A stretch of 64,000 nucleotides of DNA from Desulfobacterales bacterium (GTDB lineage Bacteria > Desulfobacterota > Desulfobacteria > Desulfobacterales > UBA2174), in the NCBI GenBank assembly GCA_963668645.2, contig CAXXWC010000010.1:256001-320000 (forward strand), read 5' to 3'. A program made the translations under genes and the position numbers. Positions 10,616-20,711 of the stretch are shown here, in pieces. Each line of letters begins with the position of its first letter. Position 1 is the first letter of the stretch. The notes beneath the pieces are model-generated. The model saw only the letters and a program-made list of their open reading frames with translations, ran no database searches and was not told where the DNA came from.

Positions 10616-11770
10616 ATGAGCTTCCGGCTGACCGATGAACAGTTGATGATCCAGTCCATGGTCCGCGAATTCGCCCGCAAGGTGGTGCTGCCCACGGCCG
10701 CCGAGCGGGACCGGACCAAGGCCTTCCCCATCGAAAACCTGCGCCAGATGGGGGAACTCGGCCTGATGGGCATGATGATCCCCGACGCTTACGACGGCGC
10801 CGGGGCCGATTGTGTAAGCTACGTGCTGGCCCTGATCGAGGTCGCTTCGGCCTGCGCTTCCACCGCGGTGGTCATGTCGGTACAAAACTCCATCGTCTGT
10901 GAGAGCCTCTACCGCCTGGGTACCGAGGCGCAAAAACAAAAATACCTGCGCCCCCTGGCGGCCGGTGAGATCATCGGCGCCTTTGCCCTCACCGAACCGT
11001 CGGCGGGCAGCGACCCGGTACGCCAGACCACCACCGCAGTACGCGACGGCGATCATTACGTCATCAACGGCACCAAGCGGTTCATCACCTCGGGGCAGAA
11101 CTCCTCGGTGGTGATCGTCACCGCCAAAACCGACGAGTCCTTGCGCCACAAGGGGATCAGTGCCTTTATCGTGGAAAAGGGGACTGCCGGGCTGACCGTG
11201 GGGCACGTGGAAGACAAGATGGGGTTGCGGGCTTCGGATACCACCGACCTGATCTTCGAGGACTGCCGGGTGCCGGTGGAGAATCTGCTCGGGGAGGAGG
11301 GCCAGGGGTTTGCCACCGCCATGACCGGCTTGGACGGCGGGCGCATCGGCATCGCGGCCCAATCGGTGGGGGTGGCGCGCGCGGCCCTGGACGAGGCAGT
11401 CAAGTACGCCAAGCAGCGCGAACAGTTCGGCCAGGCCATCTCCAAGTTCCAGGGGCTGCGCTGGATGGTGGCCGACATGGCCACCGAAATCGAGGCGGCC
11501 CGCCAGCTGGTGCTTTCGGCCGCCGCCATGAAGGACCGCGGCGAACCTTACAGCCAGCAGGCCTCCATGGCCAAACTCTTCGCCTCGGAGATGGTCCAGC
11601 GCGTCACCGGCCAGGCGATCCAGATCCACGGCGGTTACGGCTTTACCAAAGACTATCCCGTCGAGCGCTTCTATCGCGATGCCAGGGTCTTTACCATCTA
11701 CGAGGGGACCAGCGAAATCCAGCGCATCGTGATCTCCAACCACGTCTTCAGAGACAGGCGCCAGAGTTGA
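10616..11770 (+). CDS. Short-chain (butyryl-CoA-like) acyl-CoA dehydrogenase
   Basis: FALTEPSAGSD, KMGLRAS, QIHGGYG, IYEGTSEIQ. Confidence 0.93.
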   Translation: MSFRLTDEQLMIQSMVREFARKVVLPTAAERDRTKAFPIENLRQMGELGLMGMMIPDAYDGAGADCVSYVLALIEVASACASTAVVMSVQNSIVCESLYRLGTEAQKQKYLRPLAAGEIIGAFALTEPSAGSDPVRQTTTAVRDGDHYVINGTKRFITSGQNSSVVIVTAKTDESLRHKGISAFIVEKGTAGLTVGHVEDKMGLRASDTTDLIFEDCRVPVENLLGEEGQGFATAMTGLDGGRIGIAAQSVGVARAALDEAVKYAKQREQFGQAISKFQGLRWMVADMATEIEAARQLVLSAAAMKDRGEPYSQQASMAKLFASEMVQRVTGQAIQIHGGYGFTKDYPVERFYRDARVFTIYEGTSEIQRIVISNHVFRDRRQS

Positions 11771-11779
11771 TCCGGGGGG

Positions 11780-11810
11780 GGGGATCGAGGCGGAGGCACC
11801 CTCGATCCCC
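11780..11810. terminator. Hairpin between convergent genes, possible terminator
   Basis: GGGGATCGAGG ... CCTCGATCCCC, 11-bp stem. No strong U tract. Confidence 0.45.
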
Positions 11811-11855
11811 GCAAACGGGCTTCCCGGGCCCGCGGACCTCAGGCCTGCTTTTCCC

Positions 11856-12344
11856 TTACTGATCGAAAATCGCCTCCGCCTGATCGATGTCCTCCGGACA
11901 AAAGACGAAGAGGCACTTGGCATCCGGCCCGGACACCGATCCGTAGACGTAGTTGATGTTGATCCCTTCCTGGCCGAACTTGGCAGAGATGCGGGCCAGC
12001 TCGCCGGGCCGATTTTCCAGCTCGACGGCGATCACCGGCATGATGTCAAAAACGTAGTCGCCCCTGGATAGCAGGTCGATGGCCTTGTTGATGGTACCGT
12101 CGGCCGGCAGGAAGCGGATCAGGGCAAAATCGACCGAGTCCTTGCGCATGGAATTGTAGCTGGCGGCCGAGGCGATCCGCTTGAGTGATTTTCCCCGCGC
12201 CTGAAACAGCTCGCGCACGTAGTTGGACGCATCCTGGATGGTCAGGGCATCGATGTTGATCCCGGCCTCACCGAGCATGGCCGCCAAACGGCCCAGTTCC
12301 CCGGGAGCGTTCTTGAGAAAAAGCGAAATTTCAGTGCGCACCAT
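11856..12344 (-). CDS. Tandem ACT-domain protein
   Basis: ISLFLKNAPGELGRL..GINI and AVELENRPGELARI..INI.YVY. Confidence 0.82.
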   Translation of the reverse strand: MVRTEISLFLKNAPGELGRLAAMLGEAGINIDALTIQDASNYVRELFQARGKSLKRIASAASYNSMRKDSVDFALIRFLPADGTINKAIDLLSRGDYVFDIMPVIAVELENRPGELARISAKFGQEGININYVYGSVSGPDAKCLFVFCPEDIDQAEAIFDQ

Positions 12345-12531
12345 GGTTCCTCCTCCCGTCGGCCGAATATCCGGATCGAATCGGGCCCAGTGTTCGAGCG
12401 TGTTTGGATCGATCGGCCAGGTTGAAAAGCAAAATTTTTTTCGAGCGCATGTATAAATTCCCGAATGAGATTCAATCCATGGTCCGACCTTAGGTCAAAA
12501 AACACGATTTTTCAATGCCGGATTGCTGCAA

Positions 12532-14052
12532 TCATGCCTCGTCCTGGGAGCCGCCGTATCGCGCCTTGACGGCGGCCCGGTCCGGCTGGCCGTCGGCAGT
12601 GTGCGGCAGCTCGGCGACGAATTCAACGTACTGGGGCTTCTTGTAACGCGCGATGTGCGTTCCGACAAAAGCGATCAGATCCTCGGGCGCCAATCTCCGG
12701 CCGGGTTGAAGAACGCAGACCGCTTTGATCCCCTCCTTCCATTTGGGATCCGGCACCCCGAAGACCACTGTTTCGGCCACCGCCGGATGGGCCAGAATCG
12801 CCTTTTCCACCTCGGCCGGATAGACGTTTTCACCACCGGGCTTGATCAATTCCTTTTCGGCCTTGCGCCCGGCGTACCAGAGAAATCCATCCTCATCGAA
12901 GCGGCCCAGGTCCCCGGTGTGGTGCCAGCCTCCGCGAAAAGTATAGGCGTTGTCCTCGGGAAGGTCCCAGTATCCTTTGAACACCATGGGGCCTTTGACG
13001 GTGATTTCACCCACGCCACCCGCCGGCACCGGATCGTCGTGATCGTCCACCAGACGCACGTCGGCCAGGGCGATGGGCCTGCCCGCCGAGCCGGGCCGCT
13101 CATCGTAGGGCCCGTACGTGGCGATGCAGGACGTTTCCGTCTGGCCGTACATGGCGTAGAACTTGCCGCCGGTACGCTGTTGGAAGGCTTCGATGGTCTG
13201 GGCCGTATCGAGTCCGGTAACAGCCCTGAGGCTGGTCAGATCGTAATCGGCGATTTCCAGGATGCTGGCCAAAATGGGTGAAAAATCGAAAAACAAAGAG
13301 ACCCGGTGGGTCTCGATCAGTTCTGCGGCCCGGGCCGCCTCGAACTTGCGCATGTTGATGTTCAGGGCCCCGGCATGAAAGCTGCTGGCGGCCAGAAAAA
13401 GCCCGCCCACGTGAAAAAGGGGCAGCAGGTTAAGATGCACGTCCGACGGTTCGATCTGCAGCCGGCATTGCCAGTGCAGGTTGGCGCATAAAAGATTGGC
13501 GTGGCTGAGCAACGCCCCGCGCGGGCGGCCGGCCACGGCGGCGGTGTGGATGATCACCAGCCCGTCCTCGGCGGCCACCGCCTCCGGTTGCGCGACCCGG
13601 CTGCCCTGCATGAGGCCTTCCATCGCCGGCCAGTCGCCCTTTCCGGCCAGGGTAAAGCGGTGGCGCACAGAGACCAGCCTTGACCGGTCGGCGTCCAGCA
13701 TCGCCTGGAAAGCACCGTCGGCCAGCAGCACCGCCGGCGATCCGTCTTCAAGGTTGAACAGGGCCTCGTCGGCACTCAAACGCCAATTGACCGGCAGCAC
13801 GATGGCGCCCAGGGCGGCCGCAGCACCGTAGACCAGAAAATACTCCAGGCTGTTTTGGGCCAGCACGCCGATACGCTGGCCCTTTTGCACCCCGCAATCC
13901 TGCAAACCGGCCGCCAGCCGCGCCACCCGGTCCTCAAACCCGGCAAAGCTCAACTTGAGACCGCTGTCCGGTTCGATCCAGGCCGTCCGGTCGCCAAAAA
14001 GCCGGCCGTTGCGCCGGATCATCTCGAAGAAGGTCAGATCGTAAAGTCCCAT
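12532..14052 (-). CDS. Acyl-CoA synthetase (AMP-forming, CaiC-like subfamily)
   Basis: IIHTAAVAGRPRGA variant P-loop, YGQTET, GWHHTGDLG, GENVYPAEVE, YKKP. Confidence 0.9.
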   Translation of the reverse strand: MGLYDLTFFEMIRRNGRLFGDRTAWIEPDSGLKLSFAGFEDRVARLAAGLQDCGVQKGQRIGVLAQNSLEYFLVYGAAAALGAIVLPVNWRLSADEALFNLEDGSPAVLLADGAFQAMLDADRSRLVSVRHRFTLAGKGDWPAMEGLMQGSRVAQPEAVAAEDGLVIIHTAAVAGRPRGALLSHANLLCANLHWQCRLQIEPSDVHLNLLPLFHVGGLFLAASSFHAGALNINMRKFEAARAAELIETHRVSLFFDFSPILASILEIADYDLTSLRAVTGLDTAQTIEAFQQRTGGKFYAMYGQTETSCIATYGPYDERPGSAGRPIALADVRLVDDHDDPVPAGGVGEITVKGPMVFKGYWDLPEDNAYTFRGGWHHTGDLGRFDEDGFLWYAGRKAEKELIKPGGENVYPAEVEKAILAHPAVAETVVFGVPDPKWKEGIKAVCVLQPGRRLAPEDLIAFVGTHIARYKKPQYVEFVAELPHTADGQPDRAAVKARYGGSQDEA

Positions 14053-14096
14053 GCTTCACCTTTCCGTTTGAGAAAACAGGCGCGCTCCGGAATCGC

Positions 14097-14489
14097 TTAT
14101 TTGACGGTCAGAACCGGGCAGGGGGCCTTGAGAATGATAAACTGAGCGGTGGAACCGAGCAGAAGCTTCTGGGTTTTGGAGCGTTTTTCGATTCCCACCA
14201 CGATCAGATCGACGGCCTGCTGGCGCGCATAGTCGACCAGATCCTCGCCGGGGGACAGGCCCCGCACGGACTGGAAGACCTCGCAGGGAACGCCCTTGGC
14301 AAGCATGATCTGACGGGCTTCGTTAAGGTGCGCCTGGGCCTTGGCGATCTCCTCGGGCCGCTCCCGCACCCCGCCTTCCATGGAGGTCATCACCAGGATC
14401 CGGCCATCGAGAGGAATGGCCAGTTCCCCGGCCAGTTTGACCGCCGCCTTGGACTCGACCGAGCCGTTGTATCCGACCAGAATCTGCAT
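14097..14489 (-). CDS. Universal stress protein
   Basis: ILVGYNGS..DLIVVG..LLLGSTAQ..APCPVLTVK. Confidence 0.9.
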   Translation of the reverse strand: MQILVGYNGSVESKAAVKLAGELAIPLDGRILVMTSMEGGVRERPEEIAKAQAHLNEARQIMLAKGVPCEVFQSVRGLSPGEDLVDYARQQAVDLIVVGIEKRSKTQKLLLGSTAQFIILKAPCPVLTVK

Positions 14490-14513
14490 CACCGCCTCCC
14501 GCCCCGGCGCCGG

Positions 14514-15338
14514 TCACATCCAGCGCTTGCGGCGCTTGTAAGATTTGACCTCCTTGAAGGACTTGCGCCCGCCGCCCTCGGTGATCCCCATGTAAAACTC
14601 CTTCACATCGGGGTTCTGCTTCAAATCCGCCGAGGAACCTTCGAGCACGATCTTGCCCGACTCCATGATATAAGCGTAATCAGACACCTCCAGGGCGATC
14701 TTGGCGTTTTGTTCGACCACCAGGATGGTCGTACCCGTTTCCCGGTTGATCCTCTGCACATTGTCAAATATTTCACGGACCAGCAAGGGGGCCAGCCCCA
14801 GGGAGGGCTCATCGAGCATCAGCATGCGAGGCGCGGCCATCAGTGCCCGGGCGATGGCGATCATCTGCTGTTCCCCGCCCGAGCAGTAGCCGGCCAGACG
14901 ATTGGTGACCTTGGCCAGGCGCGGGAAATGATCGTACATCTTCTTGTGATCGGCCCGAATCGCCTGAGAGCCGTCCTTGCGCGTAATCGATCCCACCCGG
15001 ATGTTTTCGTCCACCGTCAGGTGCTTGAAGACCCGGCGCCCCTCGGGCACCATAACGGCCCCGAGACGCACCACGGCTGTACCGAGCCAGTTGGTCACGT
15101 CCTGATCGGCAAAGCGGATATGCCCGTCCTTGACGTAGCCGTTCTCGGGCTTGAGCAGCCCGCTGATGGCCCGCAAGGTGGTGGTCTTGCCGGCCCCGTT
15201 GGTGCCCAGCAGGGCCACGACCCGCCCCTCGGGCACCTTGAGGCTGACACCGCGCAGCACCTGCACGATATCGTTGTAGACCACTTCGATGTTGTTGACG
15301 TCCAGCAGCTGTCGGCCTTTTTCGGGTGTGGTTTCCAT
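14514..15338 (-). CDS. Liv-type ABC transporter ATP-binding protein (LivF-like)
   Basis: GTNGAGKTT, VPEGRRVF, SGGEQQM, LDEPSLGLAP. Confidence 0.92.
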   Translation of the reverse strand: METTPEKGRQLLDVNNIEVVYNDIVQVLRGVSLKVPEGRVVALLGTNGAGKTTTLRAISGLLKPENGYVKDGHIRFADQDVTNWLGTAVVRLGAVMVPEGRRVFKHLTVDENIRVGSITRKDGSQAIRADHKKMYDHFPRLAKVTNRLAGYCSGGEQQMIAIARALMAAPRMLMLDEPSLGLAPLLVREIFDNVQRINRETGTTILVVEQNAKIALEVSDYAYIMESGKIVLEGSSADLKQNPDVKEFYMGITEGGGRKSFKEVKSYKRRKRWM

Positions 15339-15382
15339 GCCTCGCAATTCTGCGTGAATGCGTTGGAAGATGGATTCGGTTC

Positions 15383-15422
15383 GATCAGTCGGATCGGTCG
15401 GATCTGACCGATCCGACTGATC
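15383..15422. repeat. Intergenic palindromic (REP-like) hairpin
   Basis: GATCAGTCGGATCGGTC-GGATCT-GACCGATCCGACTGATC, perfect 17-bp stem directly after the binding-protein gene. Confidence 0.65.
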
Positions 15423-15438
15423 TGTCTTTGGATTTTGC

Positions 15439-16659
15439 TTATTTCAGATACTGAGGCCGGAACGGCTCACCCACGGCCCTGAAAACGCCGTTCTTGACCA
15501 CGTAGAGCTGCAAGGTGTCCACGCCCATGCGGTCGGTGAGTGAATAGGTCACCGGCCCGACGGTGGTCAGGGGCTGGTACGCCTTGTCGCCGTTCATCTG
15601 GTTGAGGGTCTCGTAGAGCGCCGCCCGGGTAACCTCTTTGCCGGCCTCGCGGGTGCGCCGGATCGCTTCCACCGCCACCTGGGCCGCCATGATGCCGTTG
15701 GTGTAGTTGTGGGAGTTGGCGGTCTTTTCATCGCGCCCATACTTTTTGGCCAGATCGAGCTGCCAGTCGGCCCAGGGGCCTTTTTCAGAGGTCAGCCGGT
15801 AGGAAGTGGTCCAATAAAAGCCTTCGGCGGCCGTACCGGCCAAAGCGATCAGATCGTTGCCGCCGGTGTAATGGGCCCCCAGGAAGGTGATCTTACCCTT
15901 TTCGCCGAAGCTCTTGGCCGTCAACCCGAGCCGCTGGGAGTCGTTGATCAGGGTGACCACCGGCGACTGCACGGTCTGGCACAGTACGTACTGAACCCCC
16001 TTGCTGTGCAGCCGCTGGAGCAGGGCGCTGTTGTCCAGGTCCTTGCCATGCTCGACCACCTCAACGATCTCAAGCTTCATGCCGGCGGCCAGGGCCCCCT
16101 TGAAGTCTTCCACCGGCGCCCGCCCGAAGGCCGAGGGATGGATGAAGAGGGCCACCTTGGGCACATCTTTTCCCGGGTGGTTCTTGGTCACATATTCGCC
16201 CAGACCGACGTACTGGTGGGAGTAGGAGGCGATGGGCAAGAAGATGTATTTGGCCGCGTCCACGATCCCTTTGTGAAAGGAGGCGGGAATGACCGGGATT
16301 TCGACCTCGTCGAAATCCTTGGCCAGGGCCAGATTGGCGCCGGTGGCGTAGCTGAGGAAAAGCACGATCCCCTGATCGAGGTAGTCTTCGAAGTTGCGTT
16401 TGGTGACCGCCGTTTCATACATGTCGTCGCGAATCGGGCAATCCACCTTTGCATCGCCGAGAATCCCCGTGTCGTTGACCAGGCGCATGTAGTCTTCCAC
16501 GCCCTTGGAGTACGGATTACCGGCATCCGAGGTCGGCCCGGTGATCGCCAGCGACAAACCGAGCTTGTAGGTTTCGCCGGCCGTGGCCGGAACCGTGAAT
16601 GCCAACGCCAGCCCGACGGCGATGACGACGATCCATCCTCGCAACAATATGGCTTTCAT
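15439..16659 (-). CDS. Liv-type ABC transporter substrate-binding protein
   Basis: Signal peptide, LGLSLAITGPTSDAG start typical of type 1 periplasmic binding proteins, operon context. Confidence 0.85.
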   Translation of the reverse strand: MKAILLRGWIVVIAVGLALAFTVPATAGETYKLGLSLAITGPTSDAGNPYSKGVEDYMRLVNDTGILGDAKVDCPIRDDMYETAVTKRNFEDYLDQGIVLFLSYATGANLALAKDFDEVEIPVIPASFHKGIVDAAKYIFLPIASYSHQYVGLGEYVTKNHPGKDVPKVALFIHPSAFGRAPVEDFKGALAAGMKLEIVEVVEHGKDLDNSALLQRLHSKGVQYVLCQTVQSPVVTLINDSQRLGLTAKSFGEKGKITFLGAHYTGGNDLIALAGTAAEGFYWTTSYRLTSEKGPWADWQLDLAKKYGRDEKTANSHNYTNGIMAAQVAVEAIRRTREAGKEVTRAALYETLNQMNGDKAYQPLTTVGPVTYSLTDRMGVDTLQLYVVKNGVFRAVGEPFRPQYLK

Positions 16660-16737
16660 TTTTCCCCCCTTTGGTAATTGGTTGACCTTTGCCGTCGGCG
16701 CCGCCTTCCATGGCGGGCGCCGTTTTCTCCAGGCCTT

Positions 16738-17832
16738 TCAATAACGAAACGGCCAGAGTTTGACGTAGGAGCGGCAGATACGCCACCAGTTGGCGATGCC
16801 CCGCGGTTCGAACATCAAAAACAGCACGATCGCCAGCCCGAAACCAAGCGGCCGCAGGGCCGTGGCCAGATTCAAGACGGCCGGCAGAAAGGTGCCGGCC
16901 CACTCGGAGAGGTGCTCCATCTGCAGTTCGAGGATCTGGATCGCCACCGGCCCGAAAAGGCTGCCGGGCAGGGTCCCCAGACCGCCCACGATGGCCATGG
17001 CCAGATAGATGATCGAATGGTGCAGGGTAAACGATTCAAAGCCTGCCCCGCGGAACATGTAGGTGTGCAGGGCCCCGGCGATCCCGGCGAAAAAGCCCGC
17101 CAGGGCGAAGGCGTAGACCTTGGTCAGGCCCGGGTGCATGCCCATGGCGTCCGCGGCCCGGTCGTTATCGCGCACCGCCACCAGACAGCGCCCGTACCGC
17201 GAGCGCAGCAGGTTGCGCACGCCCAGACCGCAGACGACGGCGGTCACCAGGATCACGTAGTACCAAAACAGGTAGTGTTCGCTGCGGCCCACGCGGCCGT
17301 TGATCCAGAACACCCGGCCCACGGCGATCATCTGCCCTTGGTTGAAAAAGGGCATGAAACTGATCGTCCAGGTAAAAATCATCTGGAACGACAAGGTGGC
17401 GATGGCCAGGTAAAGATGCTTGAGGCGCATGGCCGGCAGCCCCACGAAAGCCCCGAAGACGGCCCCCATCAGGCCTGAGACGAGAATCATCAGGGGCCAG
17501 GCATGGGTGATGAGCACGTGGCTGTCCCCGATGGTCCGGGCCGTGGCGGCCAGGGTGTAGGCCCCGATTCCCACGAAAGCGGCATGCCCGATGGAGATCA
17601 GCCCGGCGAATCCGGTCACCAGGTTCAAACCGTAGACGGCCACCACCGCGATGAGGATATTGTTGATCACCAGCATCGTGCGATTGCTGGCATCCACAAA
17701 CAGCGGCCAGACGAAAAGGGCGGCCAGAAATACGATAAACAGCCCCCGGTCCAGATGGGTGCGGAAAATCTGCTGCTCCTGGCGGTAGCTGGTGTAAAAA
17801 TTGCCGGTGGCAAACCATCGGTTGGCGGACAT
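16738..17832 (-). CDS. ABC transporter permease (LivM-like)
   Basis: GLNLVTGFAGLISIGHAAF, YLAIATL, AVRDND.AA, IVGGLG. Confidence 0.9.
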   Translation of the reverse strand: MSANRWFATGNFYTSYRQEQQIFRTHLDRGLFIVFLAALFVWPLFVDASNRTMLVINNILIAVVAVYGLNLVTGFAGLISIGHAAFVGIGAYTLAATARTIGDSHVLITHAWPLMILVSGLMGAVFGAFVGLPAMRLKHLYLAIATLSFQMIFTWTISFMPFFNQGQMIAVGRVFWINGRVGRSEHYLFWYYVILVTAVVCGLGVRNLLRSRYGRCLVAVRDNDRAADAMGMHPGLTKVYAFALAGFFAGIAGALHTYMFRGAGFESFTLHHSIIYLAMAIVGGLGTLPGSLFGPVAIQILELQMEHLSEWAGTFLPAVLNLATALRPLGFGLAIVLFLMFEPRGIANWWRICRSYVKLWPFRY

Positions 17833-17835
17833 GGC

Positions 17836-18729
17836 TTAGACTCGCTCGATTTCGTGGGTCCCGAACAACCCGTGGGGTTTGAACAAAAGAATGACCAAAA
17901 GAATGATATAGGGCAGTACGTCGGCCGTGCCGTGGAGCCCCCAGTTGCCGTCCAGGTATCCGGCAGCGAACTGCTGGATCAAGCCCATGATGATCCCGGC
18001 CACCACCGCTCCGATGATCGAATCCAGCCCCCCGAGAATCACCACCGGAAAGACCGTAATGCCGAAAGCGCGCAGGGTTTCGAAGTTCAACCCGGTGATA
18101 TTGCCGATGATGGCGCCGGCACCGGCGGCGCTCAGGCCGGCCATGGCCCAGGCCAGCCCGAAGACCCGGGGCACGGAAATGCCCACGCTCATGGAGGCGA
18201 ACTGGTCGTCGGATACCGCCCGCATGCTGATGCCCAGGGTTGCACTTTTAAAGAACCACGAAAATATGCCGATCAAAACGGCGGTAATGACCACGCCCAC
18301 CAACTGGGTCCAGGAAATCGAGACCCCCCCAAGGCTGAGCGGTGTGGATGGCAGAAACTCGGGAAATGAGAAGTTGAGCGAACCGAAGGGGGTCAGGTAG
18401 ATGATCCCGTCGAGAATCGACATCAACCCGATGGTGACCATGATCACCGAGATGATCGGCTCTCCGATGAGGCGGCGCAAAAATATGCGCTCGACACTCA
18501 TGGCCAGAAAGAAAGTGATCACCATGCTGGCCAGAAAGGAGATCACGATGGGAATCCCGGCCCAAGCGGTGAGGGCGAAGACGATATAGGCCCCCCCGGC
18601 GATGATCTGCCCGTGGGCGATGTTGAGCACCCGGCTCGATTTGTAGATCAGCACAAAGCCCAGGGCTGAAAGGGCGTATATGGAGCCGACCACAATGCCG
18701 CTGACGACCAGTTGGAAAAAATAGGTCAT
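17836..18729 (-). CDS. ABC transporter permease (LivH-like)
   Basis: GSIYALSALGFVLIYKSSRVLNIAHG, MRAVSDD, ILGGLDS. Confidence 0.9.
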   Translation of the reverse strand: MTYFFQLVVSGIVVGSIYALSALGFVLIYKSSRVLNIAHGQIIAGGAYIVFALTAWAGIPIVISFLASMVITFFLAMSVERIFLRRLIGEPIISVIMVTIGLMSILDGIIYLTPFGSLNFSFPEFLPSTPLSLGGVSISWTQLVGVVITAVLIGIFSWFFKSATLGISMRAVSDDQFASMSVGISVPRVFGLAWAMAGLSAAGAGAIIGNITGLNFETLRAFGITVFPVVILGGLDSIIGAVVAGIIMGLIQQFAAGYLDGNWGLHGTADVLPYIILLVILLFKPHGLFGTHEIERV

Positions 18730-20711
18730 GGCAAATCCACCTTTTCTGCGCCCTCCCATTCCAGCGTATAAAACGGCATATTCGTGCGCACTGTCGTCGT
18801 CTGCCCGTCCTGATAGCGGAATTCGGCTTCCACCTCGCGCTCAGCGACGGTCTCGTCGTAGAGGGTCTCGTAGAGCGGGTGGTATTTTTCACGCACGAAC
18901 TGGCGCCGGATCTTGCCCGTCTTGGTCAACTCGCCATCGTCCATATCCAGCAACTTGTAAAGAATGGCGAAACGCCGGATGCGAAAATGGGGTTTTTCCA
19001 CGTTGCGGTTGAAAGCCTCCACTTCGGCTCCGATCAATTGGGCCACCTCGGGCTTGAGGGACAAGTCCATGTAAGTGGTAAAGGACAGGCCCCGGTCCTC
19101 GGCCCATTTGCCCACGATGATCGGATCGATATTGATCAGGGCCGCGACATAGTCGCACCGGTCGCCGAATATGACCGCCTCTTTTATATAGGGGCTGAAC
19201 TTGAGCTTGTTTTCCAAAAACATGGGACTGAACATGTCGCCGGTCCGGTTGTGCATCACGTCGGAAATACGGTCGATGACCACCAGATGGCCGTCGGGGT
19301 CCACGAACCCGGCGTCTCCCGAATGCAGCCACCCGTCTTCGAGCAGCTCTTCGGTCTTTTCGGGCAGCTTGTAATAGCCCTTGCACACCGATGGCGAACG
19401 CGACAGGATCTCGCCGATGTCACTGATGCGGCACTCGGTACCGGGCAGCGGTTTGCCCACCGTATCCGGGCGGATATCGCCGTCGCGGTGCATGTAGGCG
19501 ATGCCGGTAATCTCGGTCTGACCGTAGATCTGTTTGAGGTTGACCCCCATGGCCTGATAGAAGGTGAACAGATCCGGCCCCAGGGCGGCCCCGCCGGTAT
19601 AGGCGCGCCGCAGCCGTAAAAAGCCGATCTGGTTGATCAGGGGCCGGAACACGAGCTGATCCCCGATCCAGGCCTTCACCCGCAGCCCCAGCGGCATGGG
19701 GGCACCCCTCATGCGGAACTTGGCCGCCTTCTGCCCCACCCGGCTGAAATAATGATAGCAAATCCGGTTGATCCAGTAGGAATCGTCGATCTTGAGCCAG
19801 ATCTGGCTGCGGATGGTTTCGTATATGCGCGGGGCCCCGAAGATAAAATGCGGCCCGATCTCCTTTAAGTCCTCCATGCTCGTTTCCACCGACTCGGGGA
19901 AATTGACCGTGATACCGGTGGCCATAGCGATCCCGAAGGAATTCATCTGCTCGCCGATCCAGGCCATGGGCAAGAAGGAAAGGTATTCGTCGCTTTCAGC
20001 CAGGCAATCGACCTTGGTGATCTGAATCCCCATGTTGATGTAGTTGCGATGGCACATCATGGCGCCTTTGGGCAGTCCGGTGGTTCCCGAGGTCAGACAG
20101 AGAAAACAGACGTCGTCAGGCTTTCCCTGGTCGATAATGGCCTCTATATGGCCCGGATTGGCCGCCAGGGCCTCGCGGCCCAGTTCCAGAAGCTGGTCGA
20201 ACTCGAGGAACCAGTCGTCGGTGCGGTAGTTGCGCATTCCGCGCGGATCTTCGTAGATGACCCGCACCACCCCGGGAATCTGCTCGCGTACCTCCACCAG
20301 CTTGTCCACTTGTTCCTGGTCGCTGCAAAAAACCACACTGATTTCCAGATAGTTGAGAATGCCGGCAATCTCCCCCGGCAGACTCGTCTGGTAAATTCCG
20401 GCCCCGATCCCACCTGCGGACATGGTCCCCACCGCCGTGAAGAGCATTTCGGGGATGTTGTCGCCGATCAGGGCCAGCTTCATCCCCGGGGCGAAACCGA
20501 TCCGAACCAGACCGGCGGCTACCTCCTGGACACTCTGGTAGTAGCGGCGCCAGGTGTAGGGGTTCCAGATGCCGAATTCCTTTTCCCGCAGGGCGACCTT
20601 GTCCGGGGTCTTGCCGACCCGCCAGCGCAGCAGTTGAGGAATGGTTAGATCCACCAGATGGTCGGTGTGTTGCAGCATTTTTTCCGTGTCAGTCTTCGCC
20701 GATGTAAGCAT
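18726..20711 (-). CDS. Long-chain fatty acid-CoA ligase embedded in the ABC operon
   Basis: TSGTTGLPKG, YGQTE, GWLHSGD, ELTKTGKIRR. Confidence 0.9.
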   Translation of the reverse strand: MLTSAKTDTEKMLQHTDHLVDLTIPQLLRWRVGKTPDKVALREKEFGIWNPYTWRRYYQSVQEVAAGLVRIGFAPGMKLALIGDNIPEMLFTAVGTMSAGGIGAGIYQTSLPGEIAGILNYLEISVVFCSDQEQVDKLVEVREQIPGVVRVIYEDPRGMRNYRTDDWFLEFDQLLELGREALAANPGHIEAIIDQGKPDDVCFLCLTSGTTGLPKGAMMCHRNYINMGIQITKVDCLAESDEYLSFLPMAWIGEQMNSFGIAMATGITVNFPESVETSMEDLKEIGPHFIFGAPRIYETIRSQIWLKIDDSYWINRICYHYFSRVGQKAAKFRMRGAPMPLGLRVKAWIGDQLVFRPLINQIGFLRLRRAYTGGAALGPDLFTFYQAMGVNLKQIYGQTEITGIAYMHRDGDIRPDTVGKPLPGTECRISDIGEILSRSPSVCKGYYKLPEKTEELLEDGWLHSGDAGFVDPDGHLVVIDRISDVMHNRTGDMFSPMFLENKLKFSPYIKEAVIFGDRCDYVAALINIDPIIVGKWAEDRGLSFTTYMDLSLKPEVAQLIGAEVEAFNRNVEKPHFRIRRFAILYKLLDMDDGELTKTGKIRRQFVREKYHPLYETLYDETVAEREVEAEFRYQDGQTTTVRTNMPFYTLEWEGAEKVDLP

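Noticed and set aside
13500..13560. Degenerate AMP-binding loop HTAAVAGRPRG suggesting an inactive ligase
   Set aside because: I recognise it as the normal signature of a known acyl-CoA synthetase subfamily, and the other motifs are intact.
15383..15422. Repeat considered as a CRISPR remnant
   Set aside because: Single hairpin with no spacers and no cas genes in the window.
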